Source of the DNA: Legionellales bacterium
GTDB lineage: Bacteria; Pseudomonadota; Gammaproteobacteria; JAGOUN01
NCBI GenBank assembly: GCA_027486005.1
Contig: JAIXPZ010000042.1
Location: 2,894 to 66,893, forward strand
Length of the DNA stretch: 64,000 nt
Direction: 5' to 3'
The notes beneath the pieces were generated by a model. It did not search any database. It was not told the origin of the DNA and worked only from the letters and a program-made list of their open reading frames with translations. The position numbers were made by a program, and so were the translations under genes. Numbering within the stretch: the first letter of the stretch is position 1; each line of letters starts with the position of its first letter. This document shows positions 19,892 through 29,014 of this stretch, in pieces.

Positions 19892-20710
19892 TCAGACATG
19901 AGGTTTTTTCGCTTCTTCAGTTTCTATTTTATGATAAACATCAATATATTTTTTGATAACTTCAGCCCCTGTAAAAAATTGAGTGAATTCGCCGTAGTTT
20001 TTGTCAATTGGTTTGAAATACTCTTTAGTTATGCAATCAGTTATTAACACTCCGTTTTCATTAACATCATATGAAACTCGCGCGGCTCGATCTATAAAGC
20101 AAGCTAAAATATACAGGCTTTTTGGTGATATTTTATTTGTCTTGGCTATGTCATATAAAATTTTGTCATCATGCTTCACAGGTGCGCCATGATAATCATT
20201 ATACTCTATGCCAAAGAAAAACTGATAAAAGTCAATTTTTGAAACTATATCAATCAAGCTATAAGCTGTATTAATATAATCGGTTAGATAGATTTCTATG
20301 TGTGCTTTTTCTGTTACTTTTTCGCACAAACCTTCAGTAGCCTTTAATGCATCAATCACTTTATGCCATATTATATTATTTTTCGCAACGGGCACAGATC
20401 TAGACTTGCGATCAATATTGAGTTCAGCAAAACCTTGAAAGTATTTCTGTATTTGTTCAAGATAGAACTTCGACGATTTTTCTTTAGAATCTTTACGGTA
20501 GTTACATATCGCATAAAGCAAGACTGCGGCAGTAAAAGCTGATCCTGAAGCTGTAAAATAATCTTTTTCAGATGGGCCTAATATTAAAAATATAACGCCC
20601 AGACTGAAAAAAATCAAAGTTAAAATAACGATAAAAATAGTTGCTATCAAGCTTAAATATTTTTTTATAATATACCACCATTTTTGGCGTGCAATATCTT
20701 TAGTGCTCAT
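19892..20710 (-). CDS. Hypothetical 2-TM membrane protein, partner of the Abi_C-like gene
   Basis: N-terminal hydrophobic helices (YLSLIATIFIVILTLIFFSLGVIFLILG and FTAAVLLYAICNY) followed by a soluble domain with no recognised motif. Its start overlaps the upstream gene's stop at 20710. Confidence 0.5.
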   Translation of the reverse strand: MSTKDIARQKWWYIIKKYLSLIATIFIVILTLIFFSLGVIFLILGPSEKDYFTASGSAFTAAVLLYAICNYRKDSKEKSSKFYLEQIQKYFQGFAELNIDRKSRSVPVAKNNIIWHKVIDALKATEGLCEKVTEKAHIEIYLTDYINTAYSLIDIVSKIDFYQFFFGIEYNDYHGAPVKHDDKILYDIAKTNKISPKSLYILACFIDRAARVSYDVNENGVLITDCITKEYFKPIDKNYGEFTQFFTGAEVIKKYIDVYHKIETEEAKKPHV

Positions 20711-21579
20711 TATGATATCTCTGTAGTTGTGTTCAGTTTTTCAACGTGTGTTTCAAATAAAAAAGTGACTAACGTTGCGGCGGCTCCAGCCGCAAGCTTT
20801 GCATGTCGGGATTGTAATGCTTGTGTTTTTGCTGGTTTACCATGCCCTGTCCCATATAGCCCTCGAAGTTGAGAAAGGTCATTTCCTATAGTGCCAAGGC
20901 TTCGCAAAATTGCTTTTATTAAATCAGAGCCTCGTTTATTATCTTCAACTCCTTCGGGAACTAGTGATAATTCTTTCAATAGCATTTTTGTTAATGTTGG
21001 TATATCGAGAGCGCCTGTTATCGGGATACCTCTCTCTTCAAGAATTGTTTTGCATGTTGTTTCGATTAATTCTTTAGCAGTACCAATAACCAAGGACGGA
21101 TCTGTTTCTACTGATTCTTTCATGCGTAGAATCTGCAGTTGAATGTGTGCCCCATCAAGCTTGTCAGGAAAACACATTAAATCATTAAATGTTGAGGGAG
21201 ATATCGGTTCGATTAATTTATTATTAATCCACTCTATACCGTCTCTTTTAAGTTGTGTCATTAGTTCTCCCGCAATATTACAATTATTTTCATAAGTAAT
21301 ATTGCAGTAGAAACCTAGAGGTTGAGCTGTAAGATCAAGAATTACATTTTCATAAACTTTTAATATTTTACGCACGCTAATCCGATTGGACCAGTTAACT
21401 GTATGGTAATATTGTTCCACCAGTATTCGCCGTTCACCACTAATACCTTCTGGCTGGTAACTGCTATCACAAAGGACTTCATATGCTTTAAACGCATCGT
21501 GAATTACGCGAAGAGTGCTATTGACAAAATATTCTCTAAATTTAATACGCGTTCTAATGCTGACAATTGATGACGTCAT
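20710..21579 (-). CDS. Abi_C-like (abortive infection C-terminus, HEPN-superfamily) protein
   Basis: C-terminal region NDLSQLRGLYGTGHGKPAKTQALQSRHAKLAAGAAATLVTFLF has the R-x6-H (RGLYGTGH) signature of the HEPN/Abi_C family. Its start overlaps the hsdS stop (21576-21579), indicating co-transcription with the R-M genes. Confidence 0.5.
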   Translation of the reverse strand: MTSSIVSIRTRIKFREYFVNSTLRVIHDAFKAYEVLCDSSYQPEGISGERRILVEQYYHTVNWSNRISVRKILKVYENVILDLTAQPLGFYCNITYENNCNIAGELMTQLKRDGIEWINNKLIEPISPSTFNDLMCFPDKLDGAHIQLQILRMKESVETDPSLVIGTAKELIETTCKTILEERGIPITGALDIPTLTKMLLKELSLVPEGVEDNKRGSDLIKAILRSLGTIGNDLSQLRGLYGTGHGKPAKTQALQSRHAKLAAGAAATLVTFLFETHVEKLNTTTEIS

Positions 21580-22901
21580 GCTGTGACCTCATATTCGCAT
21601 GACTTCAATTGCCCGGAAATTAAGCGTGGCAGCAATATATCACGTAGTGTTGAAAGAGTTTTAATTTGTTTTAAGTTGGCAGAAAATCTATTTCGCAGAG
21701 GCAAGGTCGATAAATCAAATGCATGCAGTACATCGTGGCTTGGAATAATAAGTTTGAGCTTTGCAAGCATTGAGCGGCTTAATTCTGTTTGGCCAGTGGA
21801 ACCTTCACCCAGTTGTTCAATTTCCGCTTGTCGATTTGAAAGCGCTAACCCAAGATAATTCCATGTTAATAATCCTCCCACACGGACTACAGTAACATGT
21901 GAATCAGCAATTATTGGTTCATCAATTGAGAGAATTTGTGCAACACGTCCAAGAGTGCCAACACCTGTGGAATTTACCAGTACATCTCCAACTAATAATT
22001 CTCGACCTTCAATTTTTCTTTGTGCAGGATCATGGGTGCGCGCTTTTGTTAAGTCAACAATATTATCCCGTATACACTTTTGATTGATGACAGTAATCCC
22101 CGCATTTACTGTATATTTGGGTGAGATGCCTCGGCTAAGATATGTGACTGTTTCTCCAAGTGAAGAAACTTTCCATCCTAATGGTATTAATCCCAGCTCT
22201 GACTCTTCAAAACTATCAGGAAAAAGTGCCGCTGTCTCTGCATCCATTCTTTCAGGTTCACGACCTTCAGCTTTTGCACGTACTGGATCGAAATCAATAA
22301 ACCAGGATTTGAAAAGGGTTTGAGCAATGGATTCGATGGTAATATTGCTTTTGCGTAGTAATTCGATACGATCATCAAGCGATCCTAAAATCTCTAAAAT
22401 TTCTTTTTGCTTTTTTAACGGCGGAACCGCAACTTGCATTTTGTCTACACGAGTAATGTAAATATGTTTGATCGTTGAGCCATCAGAATCATTTTCCATA
22501 ACTTGCTGGTAATAATGAGAAGATAAAAGATATTTCAAGAAGTACGGATTAATTAATTTATTTGGCCTCAATAAAGCAACGGATTGATTAATGCATAAGT
22601 TTTCTTTATCGACAACCGCTACTCTACCAATGGAGCCGTCTTTAGTGAGAAGCACATCACCAATTTTCGGTTTACTTTTATTGGACAGTTTATTAGTAAA
22701 TGCATCTAAAGTTGTCCGTCGTGCCGTTACATAATTTATGCGTCCGTCTACTATATCTTTTGCTGTTAATTTCCACGGGCCATCTTTAGCATCAGGCATG
22801 GGATTTGTAAATCCGTAAGTAATCAAATCTAAAAAGTGTCTTAAATCTTCAATATACCAATCGTTAGGAACAAGCCCAATTTCTGCTTGTTTAAAATTCA
22901 T
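21576..22901 (-). CDS. hsdS: Type I restriction-modification specificity subunit HsdS
   Basis: Two target-recognition-domain halves separated and followed by the conserved HsdS repeats (LRKSNITIESIAQTLFKSWFIDFDP and LRDILLPRLISGQL). Position between hsdM and hsdR. Confidence 0.9.
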   Translation of the reverse strand: MNFKQAEIGLVPNDWYIEDLRHFLDLITYGFTNPMPDAKDGPWKLTAKDIVDGRINYVTARRTTLDAFTNKLSNKSKPKIGDVLLTKDGSIGRVAVVDKENLCINQSVALLRPNKLINPYFLKYLLSSHYYQQVMENDSDGSTIKHIYITRVDKMQVAVPPLKKQKEILEILGSLDDRIELLRKSNITIESIAQTLFKSWFIDFDPVRAKAEGREPERMDAETAALFPDSFEESELGLIPLGWKVSSLGETVTYLSRGISPKYTVNAGITVINQKCIRDNIVDLTKARTHDPAQRKIEGRELLVGDVLVNSTGVGTLGRVAQILSIDEPIIADSHVTVVRVGGLLTWNYLGLALSNRQAEIEQLGEGSTGQTELSRSMLAKLKLIIPSHDVLHAFDLSTLPLRNRFSANLKQIKTLSTLRDILLPRLISGQLKSCEYEVTA

Positions 22902-23061
22902 AGCTAGGTCCTTTTGACTTTTTTGAATTAAATTTCTCCAGTAATGATTTTGTGACGCTCTGAACTACTTCATTAAGCTCACAATTACATTCATCTTCCT
23001 TTATTAATTGTGCTATAGCTTGTGCCTCAATTGAGAAATTATCTTTGTAAGCTCTCATCAT

Positions 23062-24618
23062 TTACACCTCAAACCCAAGTTTCGCTAAATTTTTACGAAT
23101 GAAATCATCCAAGTCAGCACCTTTCGTCATTTGATCTCCAAGCTTTGCAGTAAGTTTTTGCATTTTATCTACAAAAGCTTCTACATTATCTTCAACAGCT
23201 TCCGTGCCGACATAGCGGCCTGGGGTTAGTGCATGACCATGTTCTGTAATTTCAGCAAGTGATACGCTTCGACAAAATCCTGCAATATCAGCATATGTTT
23301 CTTTTGCTTCACCATCGCCACGCCACGCTTGTACAATATCAGAAATTTTTTGAATATCTGCGTCGGTGAATTCCATTTGCGAGCGGCTGATCATCGTGCC
23401 GAGCTTGCGTGCATCGAGGAAGAGCACTTCACCTTTGCGGAGAGTTTTATTTTTTGAGAGAAACCATAAACAAGCCGGAATTTGCGTATTAAAAAATAGT
23501 TGTCCAGGTAAAGCGATCATACATTCTACAACATCGGCTTCTACCATTTTTTTACGTATATCGCCTTCGCTATTTTGATTAGAGCTCATCGATCCATTGG
23601 CGAGAACAATGCCCGCGCGGCCGTTGGGTTTGAGATGGTACAACATGTGTTGCAGCCAGGCATAGTTGGCATTGCCTTGAGGTGGTGTTCCATAGACCCA
23701 GCGTGGGTCGTTGTCTAAACTTCCATGCCACCAATCAGAAATATTGAACGGTGGATTAGCTAAAATAAAATCTGCACGTAAATCTGGATGTTGGTTCTTG
23801 GTGAAAGTATCGCCAGGCTCTTTACCGAGGTTGAAATCGATACCGCGAATCGCAAGGTTCATTGCCGCTAAACGCCATGTCGTCGGATTAGATTCTTGTC
23901 CATAAATTGAAACGTCACCTAATTTTCCACCGTGTGCTTCAATAAATTTTTCAGATTGCACAAACATACCACCTGATCCACAACACGGGTCATACACTTT
24001 TCCATGATGCGGCGCGAGAACGGCCACAAGTGTTCGCACAATGCTAGCGGGTGTATAAAACTGTCCGCCCTTCTTGCCTTCAGAGCTAGCAAATTGGCCA
24101 AGAAAATATTCGTAAACCTGCCCTAATAAATCTTTTGCATTTTGACCAGCGGCACCAAATCCAATAGAAGAAATTAAATCGACCAACTCACCTAACTTGC
24201 CATCCGGTAATTGCGCACGCGCATAACGCTTATCAAGAATGCCTTTGAGCTTTGGATTATCTGTTTCGATCAGCGACAGTGCATTATCAATTAGTTTGCC
24301 AATATCAGGTTGCTTTGCTTGCGCTCGTAAACTTTCCCATCGAGCTGCTTCTGGAACCCAGAACGCATTCACTTCTCTATAATAATCACGGTCCTCTAAT
24401 TCTTTCGCAAGAGATTCTGCATCTGTATCATGCAGATAATATTCATCTTCTTTATTGGTAAAACGGCAAGTGAGTTCATCACGACGCATTTGAAAAGTAT
24501 CAGAAATATACTTCAAGAAAATTAAACCCAACACAATGTGTTTGTATTCTGCAGCATCCATGTTGGCGCGCAGTTTGTCAGCGGTTGCCCATAGGGTTTT
24601 CTTTATATCGTCTAACAT
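23062..24618 (-). CDS. hsdM: Type I R-M N6-adenine DNA methyltransferase HsdM
   Basis: N6-MTase motif IV NPPF (ILANPPFNISDW), an AdoMet-binding region (VYDPCCGSGGMF) and the HsdM N-terminal domain. Confidence 0.95.
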   Translation of the reverse strand: MLDDIKKTLWATADKLRANMDAAEYKHIVLGLIFLKYISDTFQMRRDELTCRFTNKEDEYYLHDTDAESLAKELEDRDYYREVNAFWVPEAARWESLRAQAKQPDIGKLIDNALSLIETDNPKLKGILDKRYARAQLPDGKLGELVDLISSIGFGAAGQNAKDLLGQVYEYFLGQFASSEGKKGGQFYTPASIVRTLVAVLAPHHGKVYDPCCGSGGMFVQSEKFIEAHGGKLGDVSIYGQESNPTTWRLAAMNLAIRGIDFNLGKEPGDTFTKNQHPDLRADFILANPPFNISDWWHGSLDNDPRWVYGTPPQGNANYAWLQHMLYHLKPNGRAGIVLANGSMSSNQNSEGDIRKKMVEADVVECMIALPGQLFFNTQIPACLWFLSKNKTLRKGEVLFLDARKLGTMISRSQMEFTDADIQKISDIVQAWRGDGEAKETYADIAGFCRSVSLAEITEHGHALTPGRYVGTEAVEDNVEAFVDKMQKLTAKLGDQMTKGADLDDFIRKNLAKLGFEV

Positions 24619-25100
24619 TAAAAATTTCCCATTGCTGATAATGCATTAAAATTTTGTCTAAACATTTTGTTTGCCTTATTCTGTAACAGCATACACAGAG
24701 TACTATCAGATTTTATCTGTTCATTTTCTTCGTAAATCAAGAGCATTACCTACCGCCCTTCCCTACGCACAAAAAATCAAGTTAAACGTAAATTAACTAT
24801 TTTAAAACTGAGTTCTGAAATTCGCTTATCTGCACATTACATCGATAATTTTAAGAATGAATTATGTATGTCTATCACTGGCCAGTAAAGACAATAAACC
24901 CTATTTACAGCGATAATTAATGCTTGGGATCGCATATTGTTAAAAGTATATAACGCTCAATGCATGAGCACATTGCTGCGATGATAAATTGCACAAAAAT
25001 CTACCTAGACCAGTAAGCCTAGGGAAGCTCTGCAATAAAGTGCCCTCCCCTCATCTTTATCCCCAGAAACTGGGGATAACTTTTTTTGTGGAGTTTGTAA

Positions 25101-26951
25101 ATAAAAGGCTATGGGTGAGTAGACCAGGGGAATCTCACCCCTAGCCCCTCTTAGAACCGTACGTGACAGTCTCCCGTCATACGGCTCCCATTACTCAACC
25201 GGCGACGCTAGTCCATAGCGCCAATGCACAAAGAGTTGAGGATAGTGTTTGAATACTCTCCCCAAGTACCGTCTAGCTCTCTTTTTGCTTGCCTGTCCTG
25301 TATTGCTTGCATATTTGCGTTGCGCCCATCTTTGCAGATGTTTCTCTATCTGCACAAACGCCTCTGTCACTTCACTTCGATAAAATCTTCCATAATAATT
25401 CACCCATCCACTGACTCGCGGATTGGTTAATTTCGCCAGTTCCTTGAGTGACATACAGGTCTTTCGATGCAGACGCCAGCTGCGAATGGTTTGGCGAATG
25501 GCTGTCTTCGCTGCATTGCTTATAGCGGGAACAAAGCCGACAAAACCTTTGCCTTCTTTACTCATGACTAATCTTCTTCTGAAGGTGTAGCCTAAGAAAT
25601 CAAAGCTTCTGGGTATGTCTTCTTTTTCTTCTTTAGCTACGCCACAGTAAACAACTTTCGTTTTCTGCGGATGCAATTGCAGCTTGCACTGCGCCATTCG
25701 AGCCTCAATTTCTGCTTTGAGCTGTAATGCCTCATTTTGTGATGTGCAATGGACAATAATATCATCAGCATAACGCTCAAACTGAACGTTAGGGTGTTGT
25801 TTTCTTATCCATTTATCAAACACGTAGTGCAGAAAAATATTCGCTAACAATGGACTTACAACCCCGCCTTGAGGCGTGCCTGTTGTTCTGGGTTGCAATG
25901 ATCCATCGGCCAATTGAGCTGGAGCTCGTAGCCAATGTTTCACGTGCAACATTATCCATCGATCGATACTGTGCTTTTCTAGCGCCAATATGAGCAATTC
26001 ATGATCAATATTGTCAAAGAAACCCTTAATATCAAGATCGATCACCCAGTCACGCTTCCAGCAGCGCTGCCGACATTGTCCCACCGCATCGAGCGCTGAC
26101 TTGTTTGGTCGATAGCCATACGAGTCTTGATCAAAACGGGGTTCGAAGTGAGGCTCAAGGTGCATCGTGACCACCATTTGAGCAATACGGTCGGCGACCG
26201 TGGGTATTCCCAAATAGCGTTGTCCGCCGTCTTTCTTCGGTATCGCTACCGTTTTCACGGGCGGTGGAAAGTAACTGCCTGAGGACATTCGATTCCACAG
26301 TTTATACAGATTGTCTTTGAGTTTTACCTCAAAGTCTGCAATCGACTGGTTATCGACACCCGCCGCGCCTTGGTTACGCTTTACACGCAAATACGCTTGC
26401 CATACATCCTGTTTAGGAATAGCAAACGGTTTTGTTTTACTCAAAAGTTCCTCCCACCATTGGTTGACCTCTAACTAAAACGGAGTAACTCAACCCCTTC
26501 GCTCCATAGCCATTACAGCCACTTCAACACTACTACGGGTTGATCCGCCCCTGTGCTCTGCGTTGGTATTTTCTCTTGGCTTTTATACCTCGAAAGTTCC
26601 CTTATCATCAGAACGACAGGTTCCCGCAGTTCCATACTTAAGCCTAAAATAGGATCATGCTACCTCTACACCGGACACCGCCTATCCAATCATCAGGCCC
26701 CCGATAGACTTTATTCCTAGAGCCATAGAACTCACCCTAGTTTCGATGTCGTCCGATCCATTTCGACGTGTCAACGGTAGTTCACTTGCGTTCATCTTCC
26801 TATTTCGCACATGACTGTTAAAACAGCCTTTTCCTTATCGCTCACTACCAGGGCTCTTTACCCTAGCAGCATAAGGTTGTTTAAAGCCTACTCCTGAAAG
26901 TCGGCTTTGGTGGGCCTACCACCATCTTAAGTGCAGCTTGCTGCGGCACAC
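25101..26951 (-). mobile_element. Group II intron, about 1.85 kb, encoding an En-less RT/maturase; boundaries are approximate
   Basis: The minus-strand 5' end reads GTGTGCCGCAG (reverse complement of 26941-26951), matching the GUGYG consensus. Domain V reads GAGCCGTATGACGGGAGACTGTCACGTACGGTTC (reverse complement of 25154-25187). Domain VI reads GGCTAGGGGTGAG...CTCACCCATAGCC with a bulged A (about 25107-25150). The RT ORF sits in domain IV. Confidence 0.85.
25191..26444 (-). CDS. Group II intron-encoded reverse transcriptase/maturase, no endonuclease domain
   Basis: RT blocks are present (AIPKKDGGQRYLGIPTVADRIAQ and YADDIIVHC, the YADD active site). A maturase X-domain tail is present and there is no H-N-H motif. 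Confidence 0.9.
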   Translation of the reverse strand: MSKTKPFAIPKQDVWQAYLRVKRNQGAAGVDNQSIADFEVKLKDNLYKLWNRMSSGSYFPPPVKTVAIPKKDGGQRYLGIPTVADRIAQMVVTMHLEPHFEPRFDQDSYGYRPNKSALDAVGQCRQRCWKRDWVIDLDIKGFFDNIDHELLILALEKHSIDRWIMLHVKHWLRAPAQLADGSLQPRTTGTPQGGVVSPLLANIFLHYVFDKWIRKQHPNVQFERYADDIIVHCTSQNEALQLKAEIEARMAQCKLQLHPQKTKVVYCGVAKEEKEDIPRSFDFLGYTFRRRLVMSKEGKGFVGFVPAISNAAKTAIRQTIRSWRLHRKTCMSLKELAKLTNPRVSGWVNYYGRFYRSEVTEAFVQIEKHLQRWAQRKYASNTGQASKKRARRYLGRVFKHYPQLFVHWRYGLASPVE

Positions 26952-27049
26952 TTCCACGTGCAACACTCCAAAATTATACTCTTCTAAAGGTGCTCGGCTG
27001 TATTTTGAATATTATATTTTCATATAGTTCAAATTTTGTACTATATATC

Positions 27050-27822
27050 CATATAAATAGGTACATAAATAGGAACAATATAGGTACGTATATAGGAACA
27101 ATTAATAGTTGGATCGATTATGAAATAAATGAGCGAGGTTACTTCTACTCTGATAGCTTTCATCAACTGCGACAATTAAACCATTTTAGAACTTTTATAC
27201 CCTCCCCTCGCCTCTAAGCCAATTACAACCATGTTAATGATCGCTCTTAAAACATATAGCTTTAAAACGAATCATTATATAGGAACATTAATGGGAACAA
27301 ATATAAGTACATATATAGGTACAATAATTATTAGTACGCTGAAGATATTTTGATTATATACGCGAATATTCTGTTCCTATATTTGTACCTATTTAAAATA
27401 ATAAGTACAAATATGGGGACATATATAGGAACAACATAACAACAGAGATCTGGAGGCTATAAAAAAATAATATAGGAACAAAAATAGGTACAATGTATAT
27501 TTATCAAATATTAAATTTGTCGATTTAATATAGGTACAAATATAGGAACAAAATATTTTATTCCTTATTTTTAAATGTATTATGAAATACATTTGTGCTT
27601 TATAATTTTAAATTAATAAGAAAATACTACAGTTAAAATAGGTACAGTACAATACAATATAGGAACACAAATAGGATCAAATATAGAAACATATATGAGT
27701 ACATATATAGGAACAAATATTGGTGAGATTTTGACAAAGATCTGTTCCTATATTTGTACCTATATTAATAAATAGAAACAAATATAGGAACTTAATTGGG
27801 TACAAATATAGGAACAAAATAT
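27050..27822. repeat. Iteron array: about 30 copies of an 11-bp motif ATATAGGAACA / ATATAGGTACA in both orientations, often as 22-bp dimers (GGTACAAATATAGGAACAAA)
   Basis: Read directly, for example at 27056-27100, 27284-27330, 27375-27400 (inverted), 27404-27440, 27470-27500, 27526-27560, 27635-27725 and 27740-27822. It lies immediately upstream of parA. Confidence 0.85.
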
Positions 27823-27911
27823 AATGGTGATTTTTTACAGCTTTCAAATAATTAGCATCCTGTATTAATGGTTGCAATTTTTGCCATTCGGATAGAAAGC
27901 GACGTAACTCA

Positions 27912-29000
27912 TTGAAATTGTTAAAAAGACCATCTTCACCATCTTTTCTTAAAAAGATCTTGATATTATCACCATATTTGTTTAAGTTAAGGGTATCAGA
28001 ATATCAATTCCTTAAAAAACATGGGGCAATGATGGAAATCGATCCAAAAATTACTGCTGCGGAAATCGCTTTATATCTAAAAATGACTGTTCAAGCTATA
28101 CACAATAAAGTTAAGTCAAAAGGGCTGAAAGTAAAAAAAGCTCAAAATAAAGCCTACTTTGGACACGAGACGGCTAGGGTGATCATTAACCACAATGTTA
28201 ACCAATTGAAAATAGCTATTTCGGTTGTAAAGGGTGGGGTAGGGAAGACTACGTTAGCAGAAGCACTTGCCATTCGTGTAGCTCTATATGGTCTTCGTGT
28301 TCTTTGTATCGATGTGGATCAGCAAGCAAATCTAACTAAAGGCTTGGGCATGGACGAAAAAGCCAAGCACTGCCCAGTGATGATAGATCTTATCGAAGGT
28401 AAGGCAAAGGCTGAAGAAGCTATATTACAAGTAATGCCAGGTCTCGATCTGATTCCTAGTCGTTTAGATAATGTAACACTCGATGGTTATATGATGATTA
28501 ATCGAGTAAACCCAGAGAAAATTTTTAATAAAATTTTTGAGGACGTATTTAAAAACTACGACCTAGTTATCTTTGATTGTCCTCCTACATTAGGTTCTAC
28601 TGTATGCGCTGCGATGTTATGTGCCGATGTAGTAATTTCTCCATTAAATCCAGACGTGTATTCTTATGAAGGAATACAAATCATGGACAAGGAAATTAAA
28701 AATATTCGCGAACAATTTAGTAAAGACATTAATTGGAAAATTCTACTTAATAAATTTGATTCCAGAACTATTCTTTCTACCGGCTATATAAGTCAGCTAA
28801 TGCAAGATCCGGCATATGCTTCAAGATTGCTTGATAGTGTCATCAGAACAAGCCAAGAGTTTCCTAATATGAAACAAAAAGAAAAAACGATTTTTGATTC
28901 TCTTAAGAAATCTACGGCAAAAGAAGATATTGATGCTCTTGCAAAAGAAATAATTGAAATAATGAAGATTCACTCAAAAACAACCCAAGCAGCGAAGTAG
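27912..29000 (+). CDS. parA: ParA/Soj-family partition ATPase with an N-terminal HTH extension (type Ia-like); the likely start is ATG at 28029
   Basis: Deviant Walker A KGGVGKTT, plus Walker A' and B regions. The roughly 60-aa N-terminal extension (EIDPKITAAEIALYLKMTVQAIHNKV) is HTH-like. The track start at 27912 adds 39 low-complexity codons. ATGATG at 28029 is preceded by GGGG. Confidence 0.85.
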   Translation: MKLLKRPSSPSFLKKILILSPYLFKLRVSEYQFLKKHGAMMEIDPKITAAEIALYLKMTVQAIHNKVKSKGLKVKKAQNKAYFGHETARVIINHNVNQLKIAISVVKGGVGKTTLAEALAIRVALYGLRVLCIDVDQQANLTKGLGMDEKAKHCPVMIDLIEGKAKAEEAILQVMPGLDLIPSRLDNVTLDGYMMINRVNPEKIFNKIFEDVFKNYDLVIFDCPPTLGSTVCAAMLCADVVISPLNPDVYSYEGIQIMDKEIKNIREQFSKDINWKILLNKFDSRTILSTGYISQLMQDPAYASRLLDSVIRTSQEFPNMKQKEKTIFDSLKKSTAKEDIDALAKEIIEIMKIHSKTTQAAK

Positions 29001-29014
29001 GGTAGGGGACTTGT

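Noticed and set aside
25059-25087. Hairpin ATCCCCAG-aaa-CTGGGGAT + T7 on the plus strand, considered as the IIC-intron target or as the hsdM terminator
   Set aside because: It lies 3' of the intron in the intron's orientation, whereas IIC introns sit 3' of their target hairpin. It is oriented for plus-strand termination, where no gene ends. It is therefore left as an unexplained terminator-like motif in the hsdM upstream region.
27050-27822. Repeat array considered as a CRISPR array
   Set aside because: The units are 11 bp, occur in both orientations and are not separated by unique spacers of uniform length, and there are no cas genes. This is iteron/centromere-like rather than CRISPR.
27389-27877. 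ORFs 27389..27592 (-) and 27677..27877 (-) and ORF 29130..29312 (+)
   Set aside because: They read straight through the iteron repeats (giving YICTYI/IGTNIGT-type peptide repeats). They have no SD and are best explained as repeat-frame artefacts.
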